64,000 nucleotides of DNA from Desulfobacteraceae bacterium UBA2156 (GTDB lineage: Bacteria > Desulfobacterota > Desulfobacteria > Desulfobacterales > UBA2156): the NCBI GenBank assembly GCA_002328165.1, contig DCWS01000016.1:3437-67436 (forward strand), written 5' to 3'. Made by a program: the position numbers and the translations under genes. Below, one piece after another: positions 1 through 9,636 of the stretch (within the stretch, counting starts at the first letter, position 1; each line of letters opens with the position of its first letter). The notes under the pieces are model-generated. The model was not told where the DNA came from, did no database searches, and worked only from the letters and a program-made list of their open reading frames with translations.

Positions 1-62
1 GCGGCCGCTGTTGCGAACAGGCCATTTCCCGCAAACGAATAAAAACTGAGGAGAATCGATAA

Positions 63-926
63 ATGGATTTTGAGCAGATCAAGTATTCTGTTGAGGAACG
101 AATAGCGACCATAACATTGAATCGACCGGATATGCTCAATGCCTGGACACCGATTATGATGGATGAGCTGATCCGGGCCATGAATCTGGCAGACAAAGAC
201 GATGATGTTCGTGTGGTTATCGTGACCGGATCCGGCAGGGCCTTTTGTGCGGGCGCCGACCTGAGCGGCGATGGCTTAAGGATAGCCAGAAAAGATGGAA
301 AGGCCCCGTCGCAACGCCGGGACACCGCCGGACAGGTGACCCTGAGGATATTTGATATGAAAAAACCGGTAATTGCCGCCATTAACGGTCATGCGGTCGG
401 CGTCGGGATTACCATGACACTGGCAATGGACATCCGTTTTGTTGCGGAAGAGGCGACCAAGATTGGCTTTATTTTTAACAAAAGGGGACTTGTCCCGGAG
501 GGGTGCAGCACCTATTTCCTTCCTAAAATTATTGGAGTCACCCGGGCCGCCGAACTGATTCTTACCGGCAGGATGTTTACAGCCAAAGAGGGTATGGAAA
601 TGGGTTTGTTCAGCGGGATCGTCCCGCTTTCGGATCTGATGCCGATGGCCCGGAAAACGGCCGGTGAGATCGCAGAAAATACTTCGGCCATATCAACCGC
701 CCTCTCAAGGCAGATGCTGTGGAAAGGTCTTGGTGAAGGCCACCCCATGGCGGCCCACATAATCGAATCGAGTTGTCTCGATTTTATGATTCCGAGCCGG
801 GACTGCATGGAAGGTACCGCTTCTTTTCTTGAGAAACGATCACCGCAGTTTCAGATGAAACCTGGGTTTGATATGCCTGATTTTTATCCATGGTGGAAAG
901 AGCGTCAATACAAGCCCGGTCCGTGA
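63..926 (+). CDS. enoyl-CoA hydratase/isomerase (crotonase) family protein
   Basis: 287-aa ORF preceded by a GAGGAG SD. Crotonase-type motifs VIVTGSGRAFCAGADL and AAINGHAVGVGITMTLAMD. Confidence 0.85.
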   Translation: MDFEQIKYSVEERIATITLNRPDMLNAWTPIMMDELIRAMNLADKDDDVRVVIVTGSGRAFCAGADLSGDGLRIARKDGKAPSQRRDTAGQVTLRIFDMKKPVIAAINGHAVGVGITMTLAMDIRFVAEEATKIGFIFNKRGLVPEGCSTYFLPKIIGVTRAAELILTGRMFTAKEGMEMGLFSGIVPLSDLMPMARKTAGEIAENTSAISTALSRQMLWKGLGEGHPMAAHIIESSCLDFMIPSRDCMEGTASFLEKRSPQFQMKPGFDMPDFYPWWKERQYKPGP

Positions 927-933
927 GGTTTTT

Positions 934-1731
934 ATGGGAATCGATCAATCACCGGGATTAAGAATTGTATCGCTCACGCCTTCTATAACCGAATTGCTTT
1001 TTGCACTGGGGATGGATGACCGTGTGGTCGGCGTAACAGACAGTTGCGATTACCCGGCTGCGGCTTCAAAAAAGCCAAATGTCTCATGCTGGTTTGAACC
1101 GGATCTCGAAAAACTGATGGCTCTGAATCCGGACACGGTTTTAGGATCTGAAACAGCCCATCTGTATTTGATAACAGTTTTGGAAAAGAAAGGAATTCGG
1201 GTGATACTGGTCAACCCGGAAACCGTTGATCAGGCGCTTCAGACAATGATCGATCTCGGCGACCGGTTTGGACTGTCTGCCCAAGCGAAGGCGCTGGTCG
1301 AGGGGCTGCAAAACCGGTTGAATCTGCTGGATGAAAAGGTCGGCTCGATCGCGCCTGAAAAGCGTTTCACGGTTTCCCGCGTACTGGAGTGGGATGATGA
1401 TTCATTCTATGTTGCGGGGCCGTTGTCTTTTCAATATGACGTTATTACCAGGGGCGGTGGGATAAATGTGACCGGCGCTCTAAAAATCGATTATCCGAGA
1501 ATCTCCTTTGTCCAACTTTTAGAGTGGAACCCGGAAATGATATTTATTTGTGGTTATGACAAGCATCTCATTCCTCGTCTTACACAGGATCTCAAGTGGC
1601 AGCGGCTGAGCGCCGTTCAATCGGGTCGAATTTATCAGTTTCATTGTGGATTGACCTGTCGAACCGGTCCGCGCATCGTGGATATGGCGGAACTTTTGTT
1701 TCAGACGATGTATGGATTAACTGCCTTGTGA
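934..1731 (+). CDS. BtuF/FhuD-class (cobalamin / Fe-siderophore type) substrate-binding protein
   Basis: ATG 934 has a GAGG SD 5 nt upstream and is preferred over track start 868, which would overlap the upstream gene by 59 nt. LRIVSLTPSITELLFALG..RVVGVTDSCDYP resembles this binding-protein class. No obvious signal peptide. Confidence 0.65.
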   Translation: MGIDQSPGLRIVSLTPSITELLFALGMDDRVVGVTDSCDYPAAASKKPNVSCWFEPDLEKLMALNPDTVLGSETAHLYLITVLEKKGIRVILVNPETVDQALQTMIDLGDRFGLSAQAKALVEGLQNRLNLLDEKVGSIAPEKRFTVSRVLEWDDDSFYVAGPLSFQYDVITRGGGINVTGALKIDYPRISFVQLLEWNPEMIFICGYDKHLIPRLTQDLKWQRLSAVQSGRIYQFHCGLTCRTGPRIVDMAELLFQTMYGLTAL

Positions 1732-2658
1732 TAAAAAAAGTCTTTCCCAAAAAAAAGTATTAGTTATCGGTCACCGCGGAGCATCGGGACTTTATCCGGA
1801 AAACACCCTTGCCGGATTTGAGCGGGCCCTCGATATCGGTGTCGACGGGATAGAACTAGATGTGTTGATGACAGCGGATGGCGTACTATGCGTTCATCAT
1901 TTTTATACCTTGAAACCGGAAATTGCCCGAACCCCGGACAAAAAATGGTTGGATAACCAATCGATCATACCGAATAAAAGTCTTACATTTGAGGAGCTTC
2001 AGACTTACGATGTGGGAAGATTAAAACCTCGTACGAGATATGCCCTTAAATATCCGGACCATAAGGCAATTGATGGTAAGAGGATTCCGGCCTTTCATCA
2101 AGTGATTGATTTAATGAAAGAGCGGGGCGTCGATCACACGAAACTATGGGTAGAGATCAAGACATCCCCGGAGCAACCCGATATGACGCCACCAACGGAA
2201 GACGTTGTACGGCAGGTACCAAAAAAATTCTCTATGATGAAAATTTTGATTCGCGGGTTATATTGCTTTCATTTAATTGGAACGTTCTGGCTTTTTTAAA
2301 AAAAATGGCGCCTCAAATTCCAACCGCCTATATCTCCGTTACCGCTGAATGGTTCGATAACATCAAAATAGGGCAGCCGGGTCCATCGCCTTGGATGGCC
2401 GGGATTGATGTAGATGATTATCAAGAATCAATTCCGCACAGCATTAACGCGGCTGGAGGCAAAATCTGGTGCGCCTGGTCTGAAAGCCTGACGAGAAAAG
2501 AGGTCCAAATCGCACTTGAATTGGGGATAAAGGTTTTTGTGTGGATTGTTGATTCAGAGCGTGGCATAAGGAAGTTTTTGAAAATGGATGTGGATGGCAT
2601 CATCACCAACCGTCCTGATCGAGCAAAGCGGATTTTAAGCTCTAAATTTAAAATATAA
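1728..2658 (+). pseudogene. glycerophosphodiester phosphodiesterase (GDPD), reading frame broken twice
   Basis: Homology runs through three frames. First, GTG 1728 (GTGA overlap with the upstream stop) gives MIKKVFPKK. The frame breaks in the A8 run 1749-1756, then reads KVLVIGHRGASGLYPENTLAGFERALDIGVDGIELDV... (track ORF 1862-2299). It breaks again in the A7 run 2221-2227, then reads KKILYDENF...DGIITNRPD (track ORF 2146-2658). Adding one A repairs each break. Confidence 0.75.
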
Positions 2659-2861
2659 AATTTTTACTGACAATACGCAACAATTTTCCCAAACTACAAT
2701 TGTTGCTTTTGAAATCCAAAAAGCAAAGAAGGTTACATTAAACATCGTCATAAATGGAAAGGGCACTGTCCGGGTAGATGATGTCGTTTTGTTCAAGGAA
2801 CCGTTTAAGTAAGTGCCAAAACGGTTGCCACAGATAGCTGATATCACATGAGGTCGGGTTT

Positions 2862-4151
2862 ATGAATATCATATTCGTCGTTATTGTCTTGGGTGCTTTT
2901 TTATTTGCCGGCTGGCAGCAATTTTTTTTCAGTATCGATGCGGGTGATCCCGCGCCCATGGAGCTTCTATCCAGAGCAATGGTAGACTCCGCTGGTGGCG
3001 CCGTGGAACTGGCCATCGGTCTGGTGGGCGTGATGGCCCTGTTTCTAGGCCTGATGAAAGTTGCTGAAGCCGGCGGTATGCTTAACATTATCGCACGGCT
3101 GATCCGTCCGTTGATGGTACGCTTGTTTCCCGATGTGCCGCCGGATCACCCGGCGATGGGTGCCATGATCCTGAACCTGGCGGCCAATGCGCTGGGACTC
3201 GGTAATGCGGCAACACCTTTCGGCATCCGTGCCATGCAGGAGCTTGACAAGCTGAACCCCAAACGCGGCACGGCTACCGATTCCATGGCACTGTTTTTGG
3301 CCATCAACACGTCCAGTATCACCCTGCTGCCGACCGGCGTTATCGCTTTGCGTGCGGCCGCCGGTTCATCAGATCCGGCCGCCATATTACCGACCACGTT
3401 GTTTGCCACCATCGGTTCCACCACAGTGGCGATAATGGCTTCCAAACTATATCAGCGCTTTGCGTCCCTTAAGGCAAATGCAGTCAATACCGTGCAACCG
3501 GACCCTTCGGATGATCGGAAAGAGGCACCGCTGCTGGAATGCACTTCAGAAGGCTATCCTTTCTGGGTCAGCCTTGTTGCCCTTTTAGCCCTTGTGACGC
3601 TAATTCCGGTTGCCGTGGTTTTTGGGCAGTCCTTATCACCATGGATTCTGCCGCTGCTCATGGTCGGATTTTTAGTTTTCGGCATGATCCGCGGTGTGCG
3701 TATCTATGAAGCTTTTATTGAAGGCGCCAAAGATGGGTTCCAGGTGGCCCTGCGGATCATCCCGTATCTGGTGGCCATTCTGGTGGCGGTTGGGATGTTG
3801 CGTGCTAGCGGTGCCCTGGAAGCCGTGGTTGCGGTTCTGGGCAGCATCACCGGTTCGTTCGGCCTGCCGGCAGAGGCCCTGCCGATGGCCCTTATGCGGC
3901 CGCTTTCCGGTTCGGGGGCATACGGTATCATGGCTTCAATCATAAATGATCCGACCATCGGGCCCGACAGCTATACCGGTTATCTTGTTTCCACCTTGCA
4001 GGGGTCGACTGAAACAACTTTTTATGTAATGGCCGTTTACTTTGGTGCGGTTCAGGTCCGTCGTATCCGCCACGCACTGGCTGCGGGTTTGACGGCGGAT
4101 GCGGCTGGAATTATCTTCGCAATTCTGGCCTGCTCCTTTTTTTTGAATTAG
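2862..4151 (+). CDS. fused SpmA/SpmB-like nucleoside-recognition (Gate) domain membrane protein
   Basis: 429-aa polytopic ORF. N-terminal half is SpmA-like (GLMKVAEAGGMLNIIARLIRPLM, NALGLGNAATPFGIRAMQEL). C-terminal half is SpmB-like (MRPLSGSGAYGIMASI, STETTFYVMAVYFG). Confidence 0.7.
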   Translation: MNIIFVVIVLGAFLFAGWQQFFFSIDAGDPAPMELLSRAMVDSAGGAVELAIGLVGVMALFLGLMKVAEAGGMLNIIARLIRPLMVRLFPDVPPDHPAMGAMILNLAANALGLGNAATPFGIRAMQELDKLNPKRGTATDSMALFLAINTSSITLLPTGVIALRAAAGSSDPAAILPTTLFATIGSTTVAIMASKLYQRFASLKANAVNTVQPDPSDDRKEAPLLECTSEGYPFWVSLVALLALVTLIPVAVVFGQSLSPWILPLLMVGFLVFGMIRGVRIYEAFIEGAKDGFQVALRIIPYLVAILVAVGMLRASGALEAVVAVLGSITGSFGLPAEALPMALMRPLSGSGAYGIMASIINDPTIGPDSYTGYLVSTLQGSTETTFYVMAVYFGAVQVRRIRHALAAGLTADAAGIIFAILACSFFLN

Positions 4152-4692
4152 ATATGGATAAATTTAGAATTGTCTTTAAAATAGCTAATCACTGTTGAGG
4201 CCTAAGCAATGATTCTGGTTACCCGCCGAAGAAATGGAATCAAACCTTGGCCGAGCCACTTACTGTCTTTGATTGCCTCGTGAAAGGATGTGATACAACC
4301 CATCTTCCGAAAAATTTTTAAGAAAACATATTAATTCAATAAGTTAGCTAACTCATTTGTAACATCTCAATAACCAATGGTAGTAATGAGAGGAGCGTTT
4401 ACAACTTAAAATTATCCCTTTAGCATCTAATGAGTATTTATCTTTAGAAAAAAAAGGGAAAAGTATTATCCAGGATTTAGTGTATGTTGTTGAATCAGGC
4501 TGGCCAAATTAGGGATGTGGTCCTTTCCGACAACATATTGAAATAATATATAAAACGACGGAATATTGGAACAATAATCCATAAATATTAATAAGATAAT
4601 CTGGCCAGACCCCAATGCCAATTAGTCGGCCGCCTGGAGAACATTCAGGGTAGATCTTAAATGTTAAATAAAGCGAAAGGTCTTTCTACGGA

Positions 4693-5385
4693 ATGAAAAT
4701 AGCATATACAGGATTAAATTTACCGCAGGGCAAGATAAAGTACAATGACAGGATCTTCGTGGGTCTTGCCGAGAAGTTTCAGCCGGCAAAGGTGTCGCCG
4801 TACTACTTCGAGTTTTTACCAGACGACTACGAGTCGGCTGACGTCATCGCTATAGCGGATGAATCTGTTCTGGATTTGCTCATTCTTGACATGGAGAAAA
4901 TCGAAAACAGACTGTCAAGAACAGAGGACGCGTCTGAAAAAGGGGTGCTCGGAAAATGCCTGGCACATCTTGAGGATGAGAAGCTAATCTGTGATCTATC
5001 CCTGGAAAATACCGAGCGGGCTATTATCACGGCACTCAGACTGTTGAGTTTCACACCTGCGCTGGTTTACACGGAAACATCACCGGACGTAAATATTGTG
5101 TGCCGTGATGGAATGGAGAAGGCCGGCATGATGTTTTTCTACACAGTGGGCAAGCAGGAGGTTCATGCATGGTTGGTTGAGAAAGGCACCGATGCCGTAA
5201 CGTGTGCCGGAAAGATTCATTCGGATCTAGCCCGGGGATTTGTCAAGGCGGAACTCGTGAGATGTGAGGATATGATGACAGCCCACAACATGCAGGATGC
5301 ACGCTCCAAGAAGTTGACCAAGCTCGTCGACCGCGATTATGTCATTCCAATGAACAGCATTCTAGATATACGCTTCAACGTTTGA
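4693..5385 (+). CDS. YchF/OLA1-like protein with degenerate G domain (DUF933/TGS-type C-terminus)
   Basis: 230 aa. The C-terminus FFYTVGKQEVHAWLVEKGTDAVTCAGKIHSDLARGFVKAELV...DYVIPMNSILDIRFNV aligns with the YchF C-terminal domain. The N-terminus has GLNLPQGKIKY in place of the GxPNVGKST P-loop. No NKxD motif seen. Confidence 0.6.
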   Translation: MKIAYTGLNLPQGKIKYNDRIFVGLAEKFQPAKVSPYYFEFLPDDYESADVIAIADESVLDLLILDMEKIENRLSRTEDASEKGVLGKCLAHLEDEKLICDLSLENTERAIITALRLLSFTPALVYTETSPDVNIVCRDGMEKAGMMFFYTVGKQEVHAWLVEKGTDAVTCAGKIHSDLARGFVKAELVRCEDMMTAHNMQDARSKKLTKLVDRDYVIPMNSILDIRFNV

Positions 5386-5428
5386 CGTCCTATTATCATT
5401 AAAGCTATATTTTTTAGGAGAATTGACA

Positions 5429-5536
5429 ATGATTCGTATACCAACCCATAGAGCACCTGCACATCCCGGGGAGATGCTTCTAGAGGAATTTTTTAAAGCC
5501 AAAGGGGCCTTACCCAGCGGTGGAACGCGAATCTAA
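5429..5536 (+). pseudogene. 5' fragment of a HigA-type antitoxin gene
   Basis: MIRIPTHRAPAHPGEMLLEEFF matches the characteristic HigA N-terminus. Similarity is lost after about codon 25, and the frame runs into IS30-like sequence and a TAA. No higB partner is present. Confidence 0.55.
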
Positions 5537-5893
5537 AAAAAAGCCGATATGATTGCCGATACTACCGTTAATTTGTTTGAACCATATCAGAAAAAAGTGT
5601 TCACCATTACATCCGATAATGGTAAAGAATTTACCAACCACGATCGAATTGCCAAAGAACTTGAATCAGGGTTTTACTTTGCCCATCCCTGCCATGCATG
5701 GGAACGAGGCTTGAACGAAAACACCGATGGTCTTATTCGCCAATATTTCCTAAAGACAATGGGGTTCGAAAATATTCCCAATGATCAGATTCAAATGATG
5801 ATGAACCGCGTTAATGATAGACCACGTCAAACACTTGGTTTTGCAACACCGAATTATAAGTTTTTTAACCTAAAATACAATAAAGCAGCATGA
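5500..5893 (+). mobile_element. IS30-family transposase, 5'-truncated C-terminal remnant
   Basis: VFTITSDNGKEFTNHDRIAKEL..YFAHPCHAWERGLNENTDGLIRQYF..NDRPRQTLGFATP carries the second D and the E of the IS30 DDE core. The N-terminal ~200 aa are absent. There is an in-frame TAA at 5534-5536. No terminal inverted repeats identified. Confidence 0.75.
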
Positions 5894-6101
5894 CTAACAG
5901 TTGCACTTATTGTTTGAATTTATGGAATAATATAACAAATTTTTAAAAAAATCCGATATACAGACATTTTATTTTTTTCAATCAGCAACTTGTAAAACCC
6001 GGGCTCAGACCGTCCAACAAATCCCGCTTTTTCTGGTAGTGATTTTTTCCGTCATAAATTTTTAATTGATAAACAGATTGATCAGATTTCAGGTGTAAAT
6101 A

Positions 6102-7373
6102 ATGCCCCAAACCAAACCGAATCATAAGATTCAAATCTTTTACGGCTGGTATATTTTGGCCGCTTCTTTTGTGACGCTCTTTTTCACCTCGGGTGTTCGA
6201 TATTCAATTGGTGTGGTGTTTAAACCATTGATGGCGGATTTTGGCTGGAACCGGGGATTAATATCCCTTGTATTTTTTCTCAATATGATCTTTTACGCGC
6301 TCTCTATCATTCTATCGGGCAAGTATTATGATCGGTACGGCCCCAAATGGGTGATTATCATATCAAATGTTCTGCTTTCTATCGGATTCATGGGTCTCGC
6401 ATTCATTGACTCCTTCTGGCAATTTCTGATTTTATACGGAATTGTGGCTGCATTGGGCATGGGCGGGACCACGGTCCCCCTGTTTGCGGCCTTGATGACC
6501 AAATGGTTCGAAAAAAGGCGCGGCTTCGCCGTGAGCTCGGGACTTGCCGGCAGTTGTATGGGACAGTTTGTTTTGGTACCGGTGTTTACGATTTTTGTTT
6601 TGCGATATGGCTGGCGGGTTTCGTATTTTTCTATCAGTCTGGTGATGTTGGTGACCATTACATTGCTTACCCTTTTTATCATTAAAGGTGATCCCCATGA
6701 CCTTGGATTGGAACCTTACGGGCATAAAAACAAAGAAAGTCCGGGGGACCGGAGCGTTTCGGAATCCGCAGACATCGCTTTGACCGATCTTGGGCTGACA
6801 GGTGCCATGAAAACGTCTTCGTTTTGGGTTTTTGTGATCGTTATGATCATTTGCGGGAGCGGGGATTTTTTAATCACCACCCATCTGATCCCCATGGTAA
6901 CCGATTACAATATTTCGGCTGCTACGGCCGGTAACATGTTGGCATGGCTTGGCTTGATGAGTCTGGCCGGTATCCTTATTGTGGCGCCGATATCTGATAT
7001 AACCGGGGTCAAGATTCCCATCTCCCTCACCATGTTGCTTCGGGTGTGCCTGTTTCTTTTAATCTTGAATTATCAAAGCCGGGTTTCATTCTATGTCTTT
7101 TCTTGTGCGTTTGGTTTCACTCTTTTGATTACAGCACCACTTAACGCTATTTTGATCGGGAGGCTTTATGGGTTCACACATGTGGGTCTTATATCCGGAT
7201 TTATTTCTACCCTTCACCATCTTGGAGGTGGATTCTGGGTCTATGTGGGCGGTGAGCTATTTGATCGAACTGAAAGTTATCGGCTGATTTTAGCTGTTTC
7301 AACGGGTATGGCCTTTTTTGCCGGTCTCATCTGTTTGGTCATAAAGGAGAAAAGGCATCGACTTGTGGTTTAG
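6102..7373 (+). CDS. MFS transporter (oxalate/formate-antiporter-like subfamily)
   Basis: 423 aa, about 12 predicted TM segments. N-terminus IFYGWYILAASFVTLFFTSGVRYSIGVVFKPL is typical of OFA-type MFS proteins. Confidence 0.8.
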   Translation: MPQTKPNHKIQIFYGWYILAASFVTLFFTSGVRYSIGVVFKPLMADFGWNRGLISLVFFLNMIFYALSIILSGKYYDRYGPKWVIIISNVLLSIGFMGLAFIDSFWQFLILYGIVAALGMGGTTVPLFAALMTKWFEKRRGFAVSSGLAGSCMGQFVLVPVFTIFVLRYGWRVSYFSISLVMLVTITLLTLFIIKGDPHDLGLEPYGHKNKESPGDRSVSESADIALTDLGLTGAMKTSSFWVFVIVMIICGSGDFLITTHLIPMVTDYNISAATAGNMLAWLGLMSLAGILIVAPISDITGVKIPISLTMLLRVCLFLLILNYQSRVSFYVFSCAFGFTLLITAPLNAILIGRLYGFTHVGLISGFISTLHHLGGGFWVYVGGELFDRTESYRLILAVSTGMAFFAGLICLVIKEKRHRLVV

Positions 7374-7511
7374 TACTTTATGTTTATTTCCAGATATGGT
7401 CTATCTTATTGTTGTATTAAGCGGCATGGCCTCAATTGGGCCTAAACAAGAATGAATGCGACTTTAAAAATAAAGATAGAAAAAGTGTACAAGAAAGGAA
7501 GTGGCTGAATT

Positions 7512-8645
7512 ATGATTCCATGTCAAAAGCATCTTTTTAACATTCCGGAGGATTTTACCTATCTGAACTGTGCTTACCTATCACCCCAGTTGTGTAGTGT
7601 CAGCAAGGCGGGACAAATCGGTGTTGCCAGGAAAGAACATCCGTGGCAGGTGACCGCGGAGAATTTTTTTTCCGAGACCGAAATGACCAGAGGACTATTT
7701 GCAAGGATCATCGATTCTGAAACCGATGACATCGCCATTATCCCTGCTGTGAGCTATGGAATGTCTGTTGTGGCCAAAAATGTAAATGTCAAAAAAAATG
7801 ACGCGATCGTCGTGCTTGAGGATCAATTTCCGTCTAATGTTTATCCTTGGAGAGAACTTGCAAAAGAGCAAGGGGCAAACCTTAGGACAGTGGCCCGTCC
7901 TGAAAACGCCGATTTGACGGATGCGCTATTGAACCGTATGGATAAAAATACGGCCATCGTGGCATTACCTGGTTGCCACTGGACAGATGGGGCATTGATT
8001 GATCTCGTGAAAATCGGCAGCCGATGTCGGGAGATCCAAGCCACCTTCATCCTAGATGCAACCCAATCCCTTGGCGCACTCCCGTTCTCCGTTCGTGAGG
8101 TCCAACCCGATTTTCTCATCGCAGCCGGCTATAAATGGCTTTTCGGTCCATACAGCCTCGGTTTCATGTATGTCAGTCCCTGCTATCAGGGGGGAAAACC
8201 ATTGGAACACAACTGGATCAATAGAAAAAACAGCCAGGATTTTGCCGGACTGGTCAACTATCGTGATGAATTTCAACCAGGGGCAAGACGTTTTGATGTG
8301 GGGGAACGGAGCAACTTTGTCCTCATGCCGATGGCGAAAGCCGCACTGCAGCAGATTTTGGATTGGAAGGTATCTGAAATTGCATCGACTCTATCTCAAA
8401 TGACCAATCAGATCGCGGATCGGGCAAATGAGCTCGGCCTCAATGTCGCACCGGCACATCAGCGTGCCGGTCATATGCTGGGCCTTCGTTTGCCTGAAAA
8501 AATGTCCGCCGATTTGGTCGATCGATTGTCTGAAAAGAAAATCTATGTAAGTGTACGGGGAAATTCTATTCGTGTCTCACCCCATCTGTACAATACCGGG
8601 CAGGATATAGAAAAATTTTTGAAAATACTTTCAGAAAACATATAG
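7512..8645 (+). CDS. class V (cysteine-desulfurase-fold) PLP-dependent aminotransferase
   Basis: 377 aa. PLP-lysine region AAGYKWLFGPYSLGFMYV. Paralog of 15369-16502 (shared PSNVYPWR motif, same length). Confidence 0.8.
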   Translation: MIPCQKHLFNIPEDFTYLNCAYLSPQLCSVSKAGQIGVARKEHPWQVTAENFFSETEMTRGLFARIIDSETDDIAIIPAVSYGMSVVAKNVNVKKNDAIVVLEDQFPSNVYPWRELAKEQGANLRTVARPENADLTDALLNRMDKNTAIVALPGCHWTDGALIDLVKIGSRCREIQATFILDATQSLGALPFSVREVQPDFLIAAGYKWLFGPYSLGFMYVSPCYQGGKPLEHNWINRKNSQDFAGLVNYRDEFQPGARRFDVGERSNFVLMPMAKAALQQILDWKVSEIASTLSQMTNQIADRANELGLNVAPAHQRAGHMLGLRLPEKMSADLVDRLSEKKIYVSVRGNSIRVSPHLYNTGQDIEKFLKILSENI

Positions 8646-8657
8646 ATGAAAAATTTT

Positions 8658-9617
8658 TCACATCAGATAAAAAATAGCGAACCCAAGGATCAAACAGATC
8701 GATAGCAAGCGTATCAGAAGGTAAAAAAGAGTTATGCGAACGCCTCTGGTTGGGCCAAAAAAAGCAATATTTGAAGGGAGATTGCTGGTCATAAATTCAT
8801 AGGTCGTATGAAGGGCGTAGGCAATCAGCAGCGAAACAATGAGTTCGTTGGGATCGAGGAGCTTCTGCCGGAACAGCGATCCGGCGGCAGCGATTGCGCT
8901 GATAGAGCTGGGGAATCCCGCAATGATGACAAGGACGGAAGGCGCGGAAAGGCCCACCCTTCGTAAAAGTGTGTCGAAAGAGCCTATCAGGGCGGTCGTT
9001 TGCTCTGAATTCAAAGCAATGGCAAACGCCAATGTGATTGGAGCAAAGACCAGTGCGATCCGACCGAATTGACGGATGGAGACCTGAAGATCCCTTTTAA
9101 GGTCCCTTTTTTTGAGAGAGAAAGGGGCAGGGGCGGCAAAAACATTTTTTTCAGGGTTCGATTTTTTCCTCTTAACGGAAAATCCGATTGACAGACCGGA
9201 TATGGCGATCATAAAGTTGATCAGCAGGTAAAGGAGCATGTATAAACCGCCCTGTCTCCAGCCGACAGCAGCGATAAGTATCGGGGCGATGTAGAAGACG
9301 GCAAAATGAAGGCCGCTGGGGAGCCAGCCGATCAAATATGCGGCCAGAAGCTCTCTTTCACGGAGTCTCCCTTTCCGAAACTGTGTGCTGAGGAAGGCAT
9401 TTGCAGAATGGTGATTCAGAAAGCACATTGCCAGGTAAACACCGCCTTCTGTCGGCAATCTGGCCAGCCGGGAAAATGGCGCCATCAGCCTGGAACACCT
9501 CTGCCAAAGACGGGTGCCCTGCAGCCAGTTGCCAGCCAGACAGCCGATGAACATGGCAGGCAAAACAATCCGCCAGAGGGAGAGTGTCTGGGTGAATGCG
9601 TTGGCGATATTGTTCAA
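8658..9617 (-). CDS. polytopic membrane protein, possibly nucleoside-recognition (Gate) domain family
   Basis: 319-aa hydrophobic ORF with two membrane blocks separated by a basic loop (KRKKSNPEKN...KKRDLKRDL). The family assignment is tentative. Confidence 0.45.
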   Translation of the reverse strand: MNNIANAFTQTLSLWRIVLPAMFIGCLAGNWLQGTRLWQRCSRLMAPFSRLARLPTEGGVYLAMCFLNHHSANAFLSTQFRKGRLRERELLAAYLIGWLPSGLHFAVFYIAPILIAAVGWRQGGLYMLLYLLINFMIAISGLSIGFSVKRKKSNPEKNVFAAPAPFSLKKRDLKRDLQVSIRQFGRIALVFAPITLAFAIALNSEQTTALIGSFDTLLRRVGLSAPSVLVIIAGFPSSISAIAAAGSLFRQKLLDPNELIVSLLIAYALHTTYEFMTSNLPSNIAFFGPTRGVRITLFYLLIRLLSICLILGFAIFYLM

Positions 9618-9636
9618 TGGACCTATTTAGTTTTCT

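Noticed and set aside
4152-4692. Search for a small gene, tRNA or sRNA in the AT-rich gap (short ORFs such as MILVTRRRNGIKPWPSHLLSLIAS; CTGGCCA-containing near-repeats at ~4497 and ~4601)
   Set aside because: No ORF has both an SD and a recognisable motif. There is no tRNA-like T-arm or cloverleaf, and the repeats are too short to be significant. The region is treated as part of the mobile-element scar.
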